Numbered from the stretch's first letter, positions 1 to 9,510 are shown. The stretch is DNA of 40,793 nt from Eubacteriales bacterium (GCA_045631025.1 JAZQTY010000203.1:1-40793); one strand, 5' to 3'. Notes: generated from the sequence alone by a model not told the origin. Numbers and translations: made by a program.

Positions 1-28
1 TTATGGGGGGCTGTTTTTGTTTATTTTG

Positions 29-886
29 CTATTTGCGCATCTTTTTGGAATATTCCTTGGGAGTTATTCCCGTGCTTTGCTTAAAAAACGAGTAAAAATA
101 CTTCTCGTTTTCAAATCCGCATTGCGTGGATATCTCACGAATATTCATATCATTTTCCACCAACAGAGATTTCGCAAGATTTATTCTCGATTCCATTATA
201 AAGCTTCTTATGCTCATCTGAGCGTACCTTTTAAAGTCACGGTTTAACTTATCACGGCTGACAAAAAATTTTTCAGCGATCTGAGGAGTGGTCAGATGAG
301 AGCTGAGATTGTCTACAATATACATAATAACGTCAGGAATATAATTCTTCCCGGCGGCTACCGTTTCCATCTCTATTCCGTGCTTGAATTGCTTTATCTT
401 ATTTACCAAAACTCCAAAATAAAGCTTTTGCGTAACCGATGCGAGGACAGTCTTTCCCCGTCCGACATTCTCCGCAAGCTCATCAATAATATGCTGCGTC
501 ACAGCCCGCAGCTCTTCCTCATGACCCGTTATATCAAAAATACATGCCTTCTGATCTCCCAATAAGGATTTGAACGGGACAAGATCGTCCTTAAAGCTGT
601 CCAGATAATTCTCACCAATGTAAAAAGCAATATATTTTTTGTCTTTAATGTTTTTGTCCGTATAATAAGTAAAGTGCATACAGTACGGAGACACGACCAT
701 CACCATAGGGCCCTTACCGTGAAATATCTTGCCATCTATAACTGCGCTGTACGGAATAGGATCAAGCACCATAAGGAGCTCATAGCAGGAATGCATATGC
801 GCCATTGTAATATCGGGAGTTCCATATGGGTGAGCATCACTACAATCAAGATACAGTTCTTCGCCGAAATATCTAAAATTCTTCAT
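29..886 (-). CDS. AraC/XylS-family transcriptional regulator (cupin-like N-terminal half)
   Basis: From ORF 29..904. I place the start at ATG 886 (MKNFRYF) because GGAGGG lies just upstream. The C-terminal double HTH (...REISTQCGFENEKYFYSFFKQSTGITPKEYSKK) is typical of AraC/XylS. Confidence 0.85.
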   Translation of the reverse strand: MKNFRYFGEELYLDCSDAHPYGTPDITMAHMHSCYELLMVLDPIPYSAVIDGKIFHGKGPMVMVVSPYCMHFTYYTDKNIKDKKYIAFYIGENYLDSFKDDLVPFKSLLGDQKACIFDITGHEEELRAVTQHIIDELAENVGRGKTVLASVTQKLYFGVLVNKIKQFKHGIEMETVAAGKNYIPDVIMYIVDNLSSHLTTPQIAEKFFVSRDKLNRDFKRYAQMSIRSFIMESRINLAKSLLVENDMNIREISTQCGFENEKYFYSFFKQSTGITPKEYSKKMRK

Positions 887-1031
887 ATTCCCTCCACAAA
901 GCATTGTTACCTAATTATATCATATAAAAAGGCATATTGCAATAAAATTTTCAAATTTGGGACCGTTCGACGCAAACATTCTTCTGGGGTGCATATCATT
1001 CCGTATAGCTCTTTTGATTATTGATTATTTA

Positions 1032-1973
1032 TTATTTATCATTTTTCATCTTTCGTCTATACTCCGCAGGCGGACATCCGTATTTCTTTTTAAAGGCGAT
1101 AGTAAATCCGTTTCTGTGGTCGTAGCCTATCGCTTCCATTATTTCCGTAATGGAAAGTTCTGAATTAACAAGCGAGTTTTTCGCCCACTCCATCTTACAA
1201 TCAGTGATATATTCGGAAGGATTCATGCCCATAGCCTCAGTAAAAACGCTGGAAAAATACTTCCTATTATAATGCTGATCCGCCGCCATATCTGTAACGG
1301 TAACATATTTTAGGTTTTTTCTTACGTATGCTTTGGCATTACGAACTAATTGTGCTACCCTATCTGTGGCGAACGTCTCGGAGAGATTGGACTCTTTGTT
1401 CGGCGCTATATATGAAAGATAAATGCCTATCAATAATTTAAAATAAGAGGTAGAGGTTTCACCGAGATTGGTTTCGTATAGAAGAACTTTCGTCAGCTTC
1501 ATTATATCTGTTCGGCGTTCAATGGGTATGATCTTTTTCTGGCTTTCTTCATTCAATTTACTCACTATATCATATATGTAAGATCCGTCAAGGGATATCC
1601 ACGCTGATACGTAAGGCTCATCCTTATCCGATTCGATAGTATGCCTTTCATACGGAAGAGTATAGTAAAACTGTCCCTCGAAAAAAGGCTCTCCGTTGAT
1701 CTTACCTTTGCCCTTTATAATGAAATTTAAAAACAGTCTTTCACTACACCTATTTTCGATTGTGAATTTTGGCGGCGAAAAATCAACGCCGAGATCCAAG
1801 CTTGTGATCTCAGTACTCTTTCCCGAAACATTTATATATGAAGTGTGGTATTCATAATCAAACTGTATTTGATATCTCCGGGGGGAGGTGATCTTTCTTC
1901 GTATATATATTCCATTGGCAATGTCGGATGACAAAAAATAATAGCACTTGTAATCGTAATGATTGAACTTCAT
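1032..1973 (-). CDS. AraC/XylS-family transcriptional regulator (paralog group with 19640..20635 and 36953..37906)
   Basis: 313-aa ORF with a C-terminal AraC HTH (...CKMEWAKNSLVNSELSITEIMEAIGYDHRNGFTIAFKKKYGCPPAEYRRK). It is transcribed divergently from the GH39-like gene. Confidence 0.85.
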   Translation of the reverse strand: MKFNHYDYKCYYFLSSDIANGIYIRRKITSPRRYQIQFDYEYHTSYINVSGKSTEITSLDLGVDFSPPKFTIENRCSERLFLNFIIKGKGKINGEPFFEGQFYYTLPYERHTIESDKDEPYVSAWISLDGSYIYDIVSKLNEESQKKIIPIERRTDIMKLTKVLLYETNLGETSTSYFKLLIGIYLSYIAPNKESNLSETFATDRVAQLVRNAKAYVRKNLKYVTVTDMAADQHYNRKYFSSVFTEAMGMNPSEYITDCKMEWAKNSLVNSELSITEIMEAIGYDHRNGFTIAFKKKYGCPPAEYRRKMKNDK

Positions 1974-2050
1974 TTTGTATTTCTCCCATTTATTGGATTA
2001 CGTAATTTTGGAGCGATAAAGCTGAATTTTCAATAAATTCACACAAATAA

Positions 2051-2079
2051 ATTATACTACTTTATACTGTATTTGTCAA
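2051..2079 (-). promoter_or_regulatory. Consensus sigma-A promoter for AraC 1032..1973
   Basis: On the minus strand the sequence reads GCTATTGACAAA, a 17-nt spacer, then TATAAT. The same CTATTGACAAA context precedes the two other AraC paralogs. Confidence 0.5.
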
Positions 2080-2174
2080 TAGCAACAGCAATAATGGTGA
2101 ATATTCACAAAAGCACACAAATTTTTTATGCAAGAAAAATGTCTTTTGTTTGTACTTTTTATGTCCTTTATTTG

Positions 2175-2203
2175 TTGAATGCAAATTTAATTTATGATAA
2201 AAT
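2175..2203 (+). promoter_or_regulatory. Putative sigma-A promoter for the GH39-like gene (TTGAAT-N17-TAAAAT, TG-extended)
   Basis: TTGAAT at 2175-2180, a 17-nt spacer, TGATAAAAT ending at 2203. A similar tttgTTGAAT...TGATAGAAT lies upstream of the paralog at 19415..19443. Confidence 0.4.
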
Positions 2204-2274
2204 ATACCCATAAAGCGAAAAGATGCCATTAGGGAGGATGTTCTCCTCAAACATGCATAGGAAAGGAGTTTTAG

Positions 2275-3615
2275 GTGAATTTACAGTTTTATTTCGAGAA
2301 AAAAACGGGTAAAATCAAGCCTATGCACGCTGTTGGACAGCCGCCAACGGACATTGGATTGAATGAGATAGACTCAAGCATGTTGCGTTATCTGAAGGAA
2401 GCCAATATCCCGTATTCACGTATGCACGACGTTGGCGGTACTTTTGGCAGAAACCTGTTTGTTGACGTTCCGAATTTGTTTAGGGATTTTGATGCTGACG
2501 AGAACGATCCGGAGTCCTATGATTTTATATTTACGGATAAACTGTTCGAGGCGCTTATGGAATACGGAGTAGAGCCGTATTTCCGTTTGGGTGTTACTAT
2601 TGAAAACTGTCACGGTATCAAAGCGTATCGCATTTTTCCTCCCAAGGATTTTGCAAAATGGGCGAGGATATGTGAGCATATCGTAAAACACTATAACGAG
2701 GGTTGGGCGAACGGGTATCATTTCAATATCAAGTATTGGGAGATATGGAACGAGCCTGACGGTGATCGCATTGTTGAGAATAATGATATGTGGCGCGGAA
2801 CGGCGGAGCAGTTCTATGACCTTTACGCGGTAACAGCAAAGCACCTAAAGGAAGTCTTTGGCGATTCTATTAAGATAGGCGGTTACGGAAGCAGGGGACT
2901 TTATCTCGGCTTTATGCAATTTGAGGAAAAATACACAAGACCTCACGAATTAGCGAACTGGGAGAAGAACGAGTATTATCATCTTGAATTTTTCAGGGGA
3001 TTTGTTGAGAAAATCAAGAAAGACAACGTTCCGTTCGATTTCTTCTCGCACCACAGTTATTTAGACGTAGGCAGAACCGAGAGAGTTCAAAGATACTGCG
3101 AGGCATTGCTTGAGGAATATGGATTGCGTGACGTTGAGATACATCTCAACGAGTGGAATACCATTAAAAAACGTGAGACGAGAGGCTCGTCTCAGTCGGC
3201 GGCGGAGTCGGCGGCAATGATGATATCTATGCAACGCACCAAGCTGCAGATGATGTGCTATTACGATGCGCGATTTAACACAAGTATGTATGCGGGCCTG
3301 TTCAATCCTTTGACGGCAAAGCCCTTCTGTACGTTTTATTCCTTTTCCGCCTTTGGAGAGCTTTACAGGCTTGGCGCTGAGGTTCAGGTCGAAGGCTGGG
3401 GGGACGGACTTTATGCACTTGCCGCGACGAACGGCGAAGAAAAAGGTATTTTAATTACCAACATTGGAGAGACGAAGTCGGTAACGACCAATCTCGAGAA
3501 CGGCTATACGGTATATAAGATCGATTTTGACAATCATATGACACCCGTAGAGCTGAATTACAATGATTTTGAAATAGCGAAGTTTGCCACGCTATTTTTA
3601 AAAAATAAAAAATGA
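2275..3615 (+). CDS. Clan GH-A glycoside hydrolase, GH39-like; no signal peptide
   Basis: GTG start preceded by AGGAAAGGAG. YWEIWNEPD (acid/base NEP motif) and IHLNEWN (nucleophile-type motif) resemble GH39 beta-xylosidase-type enzymes. Family call by eye only. Confidence 0.65.
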   Translation: MNLQFYFEKKTGKIKPMHAVGQPPTDIGLNEIDSSMLRYLKEANIPYSRMHDVGGTFGRNLFVDVPNLFRDFDADENDPESYDFIFTDKLFEALMEYGVEPYFRLGVTIENCHGIKAYRIFPPKDFAKWARICEHIVKHYNEGWANGYHFNIKYWEIWNEPDGDRIVENNDMWRGTAEQFYDLYAVTAKHLKEVFGDSIKIGGYGSRGLYLGFMQFEEKYTRPHELANWEKNEYYHLEFFRGFVEKIKKDNVPFDFFSHHSYLDVGRTERVQRYCEALLEEYGLRDVEIHLNEWNTIKKRETRGSSQSAAESAAMMISMQRTKLQMMCYYDARFNTSMYAGLFNPLTAKPFCTFYSFSAFGELYRLGAEVQVEGWGDGLYALAATNGEEKGILITNIGETKSVTTNLENGYTVYKIDFDNHMTPVELNYNDFEIAKFATLFLKNKK

Positions 3616-3630
3616 AAAAAGGAGACACTT

Positions 3631-4689
3631 ATGAAAAAACTTTTATCTTTGGCATTAGTTATTATTATGACTGCATCTCTTATGATCGCGGTCGGCGCAA
3701 GTGGGACGGATGAACCCCAGAACGGAGATCTGCTGGGTACGGTAGATTTTAGCGGTTCGAATTTCACCGACGGAAGAGGCAGCCACTGGAACAAGACGAA
3801 TGCTCAGGTTTCTGACAACGGAGATTCCGTTACGGTTGAGTATACGGATGACAAGCGAAACGATGGTGACGAGAACAGAGGCCGCGCAAGATACGGTTCT
3901 GACCAGATGAGCGCGTACAAAACCGCGGGTAATTCTTATACCGTTGAGTTCACTATCGATTCCAAGGCTTACGTGGGCGTTATGCTTGACGGCAACACGG
4001 GATTCATCATCAATCCTGCTTTGAATTCTACCAGCGTTGGTCAGACGAACGTTATGGACAATATGGATTTTGAGACGTATGACGGTACGGGCGCGTCAAA
4101 GCAGACTTATGCTATAGAGATGACGTGTGCGGCGGAGACGTCTAAAAGCTATGACGGCTCGCTTGATGTTTATGCACCGACGGTATACAGACTTTTCGTT
4201 AAGGACGAGGCTAATGATAGCTGGAGACTCGTAAGAGAGATCACCGATATGGCAGAGCTGTCTCGCTTTGAATTTGAATCAGGCGGATTCGATTATTTCT
4301 ATTTTGCAGTAACCCGTTACGGTGACGATGAGTACAATTTTGACTCAGAGAACGATAATGCTCCCGTAAAGTCCACTGTAAGCAACGTAAATATATACAA
4401 GGGAATTGACTTTATTACCAAAGGCGAGTCTGCTATCGTAGTTCCGCCTGAAGACGAAAACAACGCAGGTGATCCTCCTACAACAAATCCTTCCGGTGGC
4501 AACACAAACAACGACAACGACAAGACTACCGACACAGAGAAGCAGGACACTGAGGCTCAGACCGAGGCACAGACTGAGGCTGAGGCGCAAAAGGGATGCG
4601 GTTCCGTAATCGCAGGAGTAGGTGCTGCTTTGGTAAGCGCTTGCGCGGCAGGATTTGTAATCAGTAACAGAAAAAAGGAAGAGGACTGA
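3631..4689 (+). CDS. Secreted protein: signal peptide, one jelly-roll module (type A), acidic T/E/A/Q linker, C-terminal KGCGS-TM-RKKEED tail
   Basis: RBS AAGGAGA and an N-terminal signal peptide. The module aligns with both repeats of 6444..9350 (RARYxS..., YTVEFTIDSKAxVGxMLDGNTGFxINP, KQTYAIE, NxPVKSTVSxVxIYKG). The tail resembles those of 12737..13717 and 30212..31999. Confidence 0.8.
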   Translation: MKKLLSLALVIIMTASLMIAVGASGTDEPQNGDLLGTVDFSGSNFTDGRGSHWNKTNAQVSDNGDSVTVEYTDDKRNDGDENRGRARYGSDQMSAYKTAGNSYTVEFTIDSKAYVGVMLDGNTGFIINPALNSTSVGQTNVMDNMDFETYDGTGASKQTYAIEMTCAAETSKSYDGSLDVYAPTVYRLFVKDEANDSWRLVREITDMAELSRFEFESGGFDYFYFAVTRYGDDEYNFDSENDNAPVKSTVSNVNIYKGIDFITKGESAIVVPPEDENNAGDPPTTNPSGGNTNNDNDKTTDTEKQDTEAQTEAQTEAEAQKGCGSVIAGVGAALVSACAAGFVISNRKKEED

Positions 4690-4933
4690 TAACGGTTTTG
4701 CAGTAAAAGGTTGGGCAAAACCAACTGATATAAAGAAACATTAGAAAACGAAGAGCATATCTGAAAAATTCGAAAATATCATCGGAGGGTTTTGGATATG
4801 CTCGGTTTTCGTTAATTCGTTAAAAATGCGATCGTTGGCGGCGTGATTATACCGTGACGGCGGATGTTCAGTCATTTCGCCGTACGGTGTAAAACGGCAC
4901 ACCGCCACCAAGATAAAAACACGAGGAGAATTT

Positions 4934-6409
4934 ATGAAAAGAACAATTACACTTTTAGTGGTAATTTTAATGCTTTTGCCTATAATGGTGTCTTGTTTAG
5001 ATAATACCGAAGAGGTTGGTGAAACTGAATCTTTGGTAGAAGAAGATGACGGATTGCTGTTGAGCGACAAGGTCAGAGACGTTAAGTTCAACGGAGAGGA
5101 CATCAATATATGGCAGGTCACCATAGCAACTAATGCGGCTGAATATTTTTACGATATGAACGGTGACTTTGAGGGAGATATTATTTCCCAAGAAATATTC
5201 AGAAGAAACGTAGCAGTAAAGGATTATTTAAACGTCAATATAAACTTTATTGACGGAGGCGCGGAATCCAGCAACGCGGCAACCGATTGCCGTCCTCTTT
5301 TGCAATCGGACTCTGGAGAGTTTGACGCATACGAGCTTATTCAGTGGAATGGAATGAGTCTTGTTATCGAGGGGTGGTTCAAAAACCTTGACGATTCGAA
5401 GTATCTTGATTTTGAAGGCGAGTGGTGGTCTGAGGATTTTATGGACGCCGCAAAGATAAACGGTCACAACTACGTAATGGCGGGTGACATCGGCATAGAT
5501 ATGGTAAGCTGCGCAGCCTCAATATTCGTTAACAAGAATATGCTTGCTAAATATCACGGTGAGAACGCCTACGAGGAATTGAGAACGATGGTTCTTGACG
5601 GCAAATGGACTATCGAGGAAATAACCAAGCTCTCTAAAGATACGTACGACGATTTGAACAGAAACGAAGTAGTGGATCTTGAGGATCAGTTTGGATTCCT
5701 TTCGAGTCAGAATCACATCGACGGCTGGTATTTCGGAGCAGGCGGTACTACCATAGTGCGCGACAACGAGGGCAAGGCGGTTCTTTCTATGGGAGACGAG
5801 TACACCGTAGACGTTATGGAGCGTCTGTATCGCGTTATGCACGTGGAAAGCCCCAATGATTACGGAAACAATGCAGGCACGGTACAGATATACAATAACA
5901 AGCATCAGTCAACGCTTGTAGAGAAATTCTCTAAGGGGGAGATGATGTTCTGCATAGGTTATCTGTATACGTCAAGAAATCTCACCAATATGGATGACAA
6001 GTTTGCTCCCCTGCCCTATCCTAAATACAATACCGATCAAGAGGAATACTACTCAATTCTTCACAATATAGTAACGCTGTTTGCAATTCCCACGTCTTGC
6101 GCGAAGTACGATCAGACGAGTGCGTCTTTTGAAGTTATGGCAAGCTTTGGAAAGCAGATGATATTACCTTCTTACTATGAAACGATGCTTAAGATAAGAT
6201 ATCTTGACAACGCAGAGGATGCCGCGCTCGTTGATTTGATCTATAATGCGAGAATGTCGGATATAGGCGTTGTATTCAATTCCAAGGCGTTTTCAATTCC
6301 CCGTAAGATGATACAGGAAAAGAGTATGAATATGTCTCGGTATATTACCACGTACAATAATGAAATTCAAGATGACCTGAACAAGATAAACGGTGTGAAT
6401 TTGTCCTGA
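4934..6409 (+). CDS. Extracellular solute-binding-protein-like lipoprotein (no ABC partner genes in the window)
   Basis: Lipobox (LLPIMVSC). About 490 aa, the usual size of family-1 sugar SBPs. Paralog of 28777..30219 (shared PLPYPxY..Q..YY block). SBP assignment is by overall look only. Confidence 0.55.
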   Translation: MKRTITLLVVILMLLPIMVSCLDNTEEVGETESLVEEDDGLLLSDKVRDVKFNGEDINIWQVTIATNAAEYFYDMNGDFEGDIISQEIFRRNVAVKDYLNVNINFIDGGAESSNAATDCRPLLQSDSGEFDAYELIQWNGMSLVIEGWFKNLDDSKYLDFEGEWWSEDFMDAAKINGHNYVMAGDIGIDMVSCAASIFVNKNMLAKYHGENAYEELRTMVLDGKWTIEEITKLSKDTYDDLNRNEVVDLEDQFGFLSSQNHIDGWYFGAGGTTIVRDNEGKAVLSMGDEYTVDVMERLYRVMHVESPNDYGNNAGTVQIYNNKHQSTLVEKFSKGEMMFCIGYLYTSRNLTNMDDKFAPLPYPKYNTDQEEYYSILHNIVTLFAIPTSCAKYDQTSASFEVMASFGKQMILPSYYETMLKIRYLDNAEDAALVDLIYNARMSDIGVVFNSKAFSIPRKMIQEKSMNMSRYITTYNNEIQDDLNKINGVNLS

Positions 6410-6443
6410 CAGTTTTTTATCTTACTAAAAAAGGAGATTTATT

Positions 6444-9350
6444 ATGAAAGTGAAAACAACAAAAAAAGCGCTGTCACTCTTTCTTGCAGTATTGATGATA
6501 GCGTTGGCGATTCCATTTACACTGCTGACAGTATCCGCAGCATCTTATGATTCCGCAAGCGTCGGAGACGTGCTTTACGAGGTAAACTTCAAGGGTGACG
6601 ACACTTATGCGCCTGTTGACGGAAGAGGTGAGTGGTACAAGACCAATGCTACCCCTTCTAATGACGGAAAATCCGTTACAGTTCAATATACGACAGAAAA
6701 AAGATCCGGCGTGACGGTTACTAAAGAGCGTGCAAGATATTGTTCTAACGCTATGACCGCATTCCCTGTAAACGGTAGAGCCTATACAATTGAATTTACC
6801 ATTGATTCTAAAGCTGACGTAGGCTTTATGCTTGACGGTAACACGGGCTTTGTAATCAACCCAAGTCTCAATAGAACGTCGATAGGTCAAAGCGATTGGA
6901 GAAGTGCTTTAGCTAACTACGAATACTACGACGGCACGGGTAATAGCAAGCAAACCTACGCAATAGAGCTTGAGTGTTCGGATACACTCACCGGCGTTAA
7001 ATATTATCCCACTGTTTATAAGCTTTACGTTCAGCAGGACAACGGTACGTGGAAGCTTATAAGAGAGGTTGGCGGAAACGTAACGGTTGGCGGCGATAAC
7101 AACGGTAAAGAGATGGCAAGCATATTTGAATGGGAATATTACGGCAAAAACGAAAACTATGCTTATTTCTATCTTTCCATAAATCGCTACGGCGCGGACG
7201 AAAAAAATTTTGACGCAGAGGATAACCCCGTAAAGTCCACCGTAAGTGACGTAAAGATAAGAAAAGGTATAAACGTTATAGACGTGTATGTAGAAGAACC
7301 GGAAGAACAGGAAAGAGAGCCTCTTTATACTGTAAACTTCAATGGTGACGACACTTATGATCCTGTTGACGGAAGAGGTGACTGGTACAAGACCAATGCT
7401 CAGACTTCCGATGACGGAAAATCCGTTACAGTTCAATATACAACGGAAAAAAGAGACGGTGCGACGGTCACTACAGAGCGTGCAAGATATTGTTCTAACG
7501 TTATGACCGCATTCCCTGTCAATGGCAGAGCCTATACAATTAAATTTACCATTGATTCTAAAGCTGACGTAGGCTTTATGCTTGACGGTAACACGGGCTT
7601 TGTAATCAATCCGAGTCTTAACAGAACCTCGATAGGTCAGACGGACTGGAGAAGCGCATTAGCTGATTACGAGGTGTACGACGGCACGGGTAACAGCAAA
7701 CAGACCTACGCAATAGAGCTTGAGTGTTCGAATACACTCAAAAATGGCAAATACGATCCTGTCGTTTATAAGCTTTACGTTCAGCAGGAAAACGGAACGT
7801 GGAAGCTTATAAGAGAGTTACCTTACAGCAAGGCAGAAAAGTTTGAATGGGAGGATGGCTATGCTTATTTCTATCTTTCCATAAACCGTTACGGTGCAGA
7901 CGAAAACAATTTTGATGCAGATAATAATCCCGTAAAGTCTACCGTAAGCGACGTAAAAATTTACGACAGTATCGGATTCCTTCCTGCTTTCGGTCTTGTA
8001 AGCGGCGCGTCCGTTCGTATTGACGAGCCTACGGGACTTCGCTTTACCGGTATTCTCGGCAAGCATTACGTTGACGGACTCAGAAAAACTTACGGTGAAG
8101 CGGACGTCACGATAGGAATGCTTATCACTCCTACCGATTATCTTGGCGGTATTGAATTTACCAAGGATGCTCTTGATAATAGCGCGGCTCTTGCGGACTA
8201 TGAATACAAATATCTTGAAATTGACGCTACGACTATATTGACCAAGGGTAACAATTACGAGGTGAATTGTACTATCGTAAATATTCTCAAGGGGAACTAC
8301 AACAGAGCCTTCTCCGCAATCCTTTACATAAAGATCACCGACGGTGATACGGTATCGTATTCTTATTCTTCGTACGACGCAGCGTACAATTCAAGAAGCG
8401 TGGCTTACGTTGCTTCTCTTGCAAATTCTGATATGAAGGAAGAACAGAGCGGAGATTACCAATACCCCGTAGAGGATGTTTACGGAAAAACGATGTATAG
8501 TCCCTACAACGATGACCAGAGAACGTTGCTTGAATCTTTCAGCAGTGCTGTTACTTCCTTTACGGTTATGACTTATAACATTAACATAGAGGCTAATAAC
8601 AGCGAAAATATATTGGACACCGTTAAAAATGCAGCTCCCGATATCGTTGGGTTCCAAGAGGACAGCGAAAATTGGAAGAATATTTTACCCGAGCTTAAGA
8701 ACTCCGGATACAATAACGTAGGCGGAGAGAGCAATAACGATGAGTATCTCGATATTTACTACAACAGCAAAAAATTCACAGAGGTTACAGACGGTGCTTT
8801 GTACTACAAGGACCTTAAAAATACGTATTCGGACGTTCCGCTTAATGGAGCAGATTTGAGCTTGGATCAGGATTCTTTTTCCACCTATAAAGGCAGATAT
8901 TTTCGCTACGTAATTTTGAAGGATGCGTCAGGCACACAAATTCTTGTGGTAAATACTCACTTGCATCGTGGCGAAAACAGTGCTGATGACAGACTCCTTC
9001 GTGAATATCAGGCAAGACTTTTGAAGGCTTGGCTTGACGATATGGCTGCTCAATATCCCAATCAGGTCGTTTTGGGAGATATTAACGACGGTCCGAGTGA
9101 GAATTCTATCATTGAGCTTACAGGCGACGGTGCTTTGAGTCAAGCAAGAAGAACCGCATTTCTCAAGGTAGACGTTGGCGGTACTCTTGCAGACAATGAA
9201 GGCCGTAAAACGTATGCGCTTGACCACGTGATCTACAGGGTTGAAAATATGAAAGCACTTGAATATTCAGTAATAGATAACGCATATAGCGATACGTATC
9301 CGTCAGACCATTTGCCCGTAATGGCAAAGTTTGTCTGCTGCACACAATGA
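6444..9350 (+). CDS. Giant secreted protein: 2 x type-A jelly-roll module + conserved middle domain + C-terminal EEP domain
   Basis: Signal peptide MKVKTTKKALSLFLAVLMIALAIPFT. Middle domain GASVRIDEPTGLRFTG...IGMLITPTDYL. EEP motifs MTYNIN, GFQED, NTHLH, LGDIND, DHVIY, YPSDHLPV. Confidence 0.85.
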   Translation: MKVKTTKKALSLFLAVLMIALAIPFTLLTVSAASYDSASVGDVLYEVNFKGDDTYAPVDGRGEWYKTNATPSNDGKSVTVQYTTEKRSGVTVTKERARYCSNAMTAFPVNGRAYTIEFTIDSKADVGFMLDGNTGFVINPSLNRTSIGQSDWRSALANYEYYDGTGNSKQTYAIELECSDTLTGVKYYPTVYKLYVQQDNGTWKLIREVGGNVTVGGDNNGKEMASIFEWEYYGKNENYAYFYLSINRYGADEKNFDAEDNPVKSTVSDVKIRKGINVIDVYVEEPEEQEREPLYTVNFNGDDTYDPVDGRGDWYKTNAQTSDDGKSVTVQYTTEKRDGATVTTERARYCSNVMTAFPVNGRAYTIKFTIDSKADVGFMLDGNTGFVINPSLNRTSIGQTDWRSALADYEVYDGTGNSKQTYAIELECSNTLKNGKYDPVVYKLYVQQENGTWKLIRELPYSKAEKFEWEDGYAYFYLSINRYGADENNFDADNNPVKSTVSDVKIYDSIGFLPAFGLVSGASVRIDEPTGLRFTGILGKHYVDGLRKTYGEADVTIGMLITPTDYLGGIEFTKDALDNSAALADYEYKYLEIDATTILTKGNNYEVNCTIVNILKGNYNRAFSAILYIKITDGDTVSYSYSSYDAAYNSRSVAYVASLANSDMKEEQSGDYQYPVEDVYGKTMYSPYNDDQRTLLESFSSAVTSFTVMTYNINIEANNSENILDTVKNAAPDIVGFQEDSENWKNILPELKNSGYNNVGGESNNDEYLDIYYNSKKFTEVTDGALYYKDLKNTYSDVPLNGADLSLDQDSFSTYKGRYFRYVILKDASGTQILVVNTHLHRGENSADDRLLREYQARLLKAWLDDMAAQYPNQVVLGDINDGPSENSIIELTGDGALSQARRTAFLKVDVGGTLADNEGRKTYALDHVIYRVENMKALEYSVIDNAYSDTYPSDHLPVMAKFVCCTQ
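6561..7967 (+). repeat. Intragenic tandem duplication (period 750 nt) encoding two type-A modules
   Basis: gtaaacttcaa at 6582 recurs at 7332. Identical runs include 6661-6691 = 7411-7441 (31 nt) and 6801-6859 = 7551-7609 (59 nt). Confidence 0.85.
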
Positions 9351-9366
9351 AAGGGAGGATCGAGTT

Positions 9367-9510
9367 ATGCAAATGATTAAGAAGTACGCTACACCGAATG
9401 TCAGTGTTATATTCGTTGCGACGAGTGATGTGATTACAATTTCTCCCGGCGGTGGATATGATGACAAAGAAAACTGGCAGAACGACGTATTTATTGGTAA
9501 AAACCCGTAA
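9367..9510 (+). CDS. Conserved micro-ORF (47 aa) coupled to the giant EEP gene: MQMIKKYATPNVSVIFVATSDVITISPGGGYDDKENWQNDVFIGKNP
   Basis: Below the cutoff of the ORF track. AAGGGAGG RBS; starts 16 nt after the giant gene stop. Shares the K-Y-x-x-P...T-x-D-[IV]...NW-x-x-D-x-F pattern with the micro-ORFs at 13810..13938 and 32045..32173. Confidence 0.55.
   Translation: MQMIKKYATPNVSVIFVATSDVITISPGGGYDDKENWQNDVFIGKNP

Noticed and set aside
17-1163. Plus-strand ORFs 17..247, 296..565, 674..1024 and 957..1163.
   Set aside because: They overlap the well-supported minus-strand AraC genes or their intergenic promoter region. They have no RBS and no recognisable motifs.
2062-2250. A 62-aa minus-strand ORF in the AraC/GH39 divergent intergenic region. 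Similar ORFs lie at 19500..19775 and 19516..19899.
   Set aside because: They lie across the consensus promoters and 5' UTRs, are AT-rich and low-complexity, and lack an RBS. The 19565 ATG upstream extension of AraC is also rejected in favour of ATG 19640, which has an AGGAGG RBS.
6444-9350. The giant EEP proteins + downstream micro-ORF as a canonical polymorphic toxin/immunity pair.
   Set aside because: In polymorphic toxins the C-terminal toxin domain varies while the N-terminus is conserved, and immunity proteins are usually larger. Here the C-terminal EEP half is the conserved part and the N-terminal modules vary. I keep it only as one hypothesis under the micro-ORF findings.
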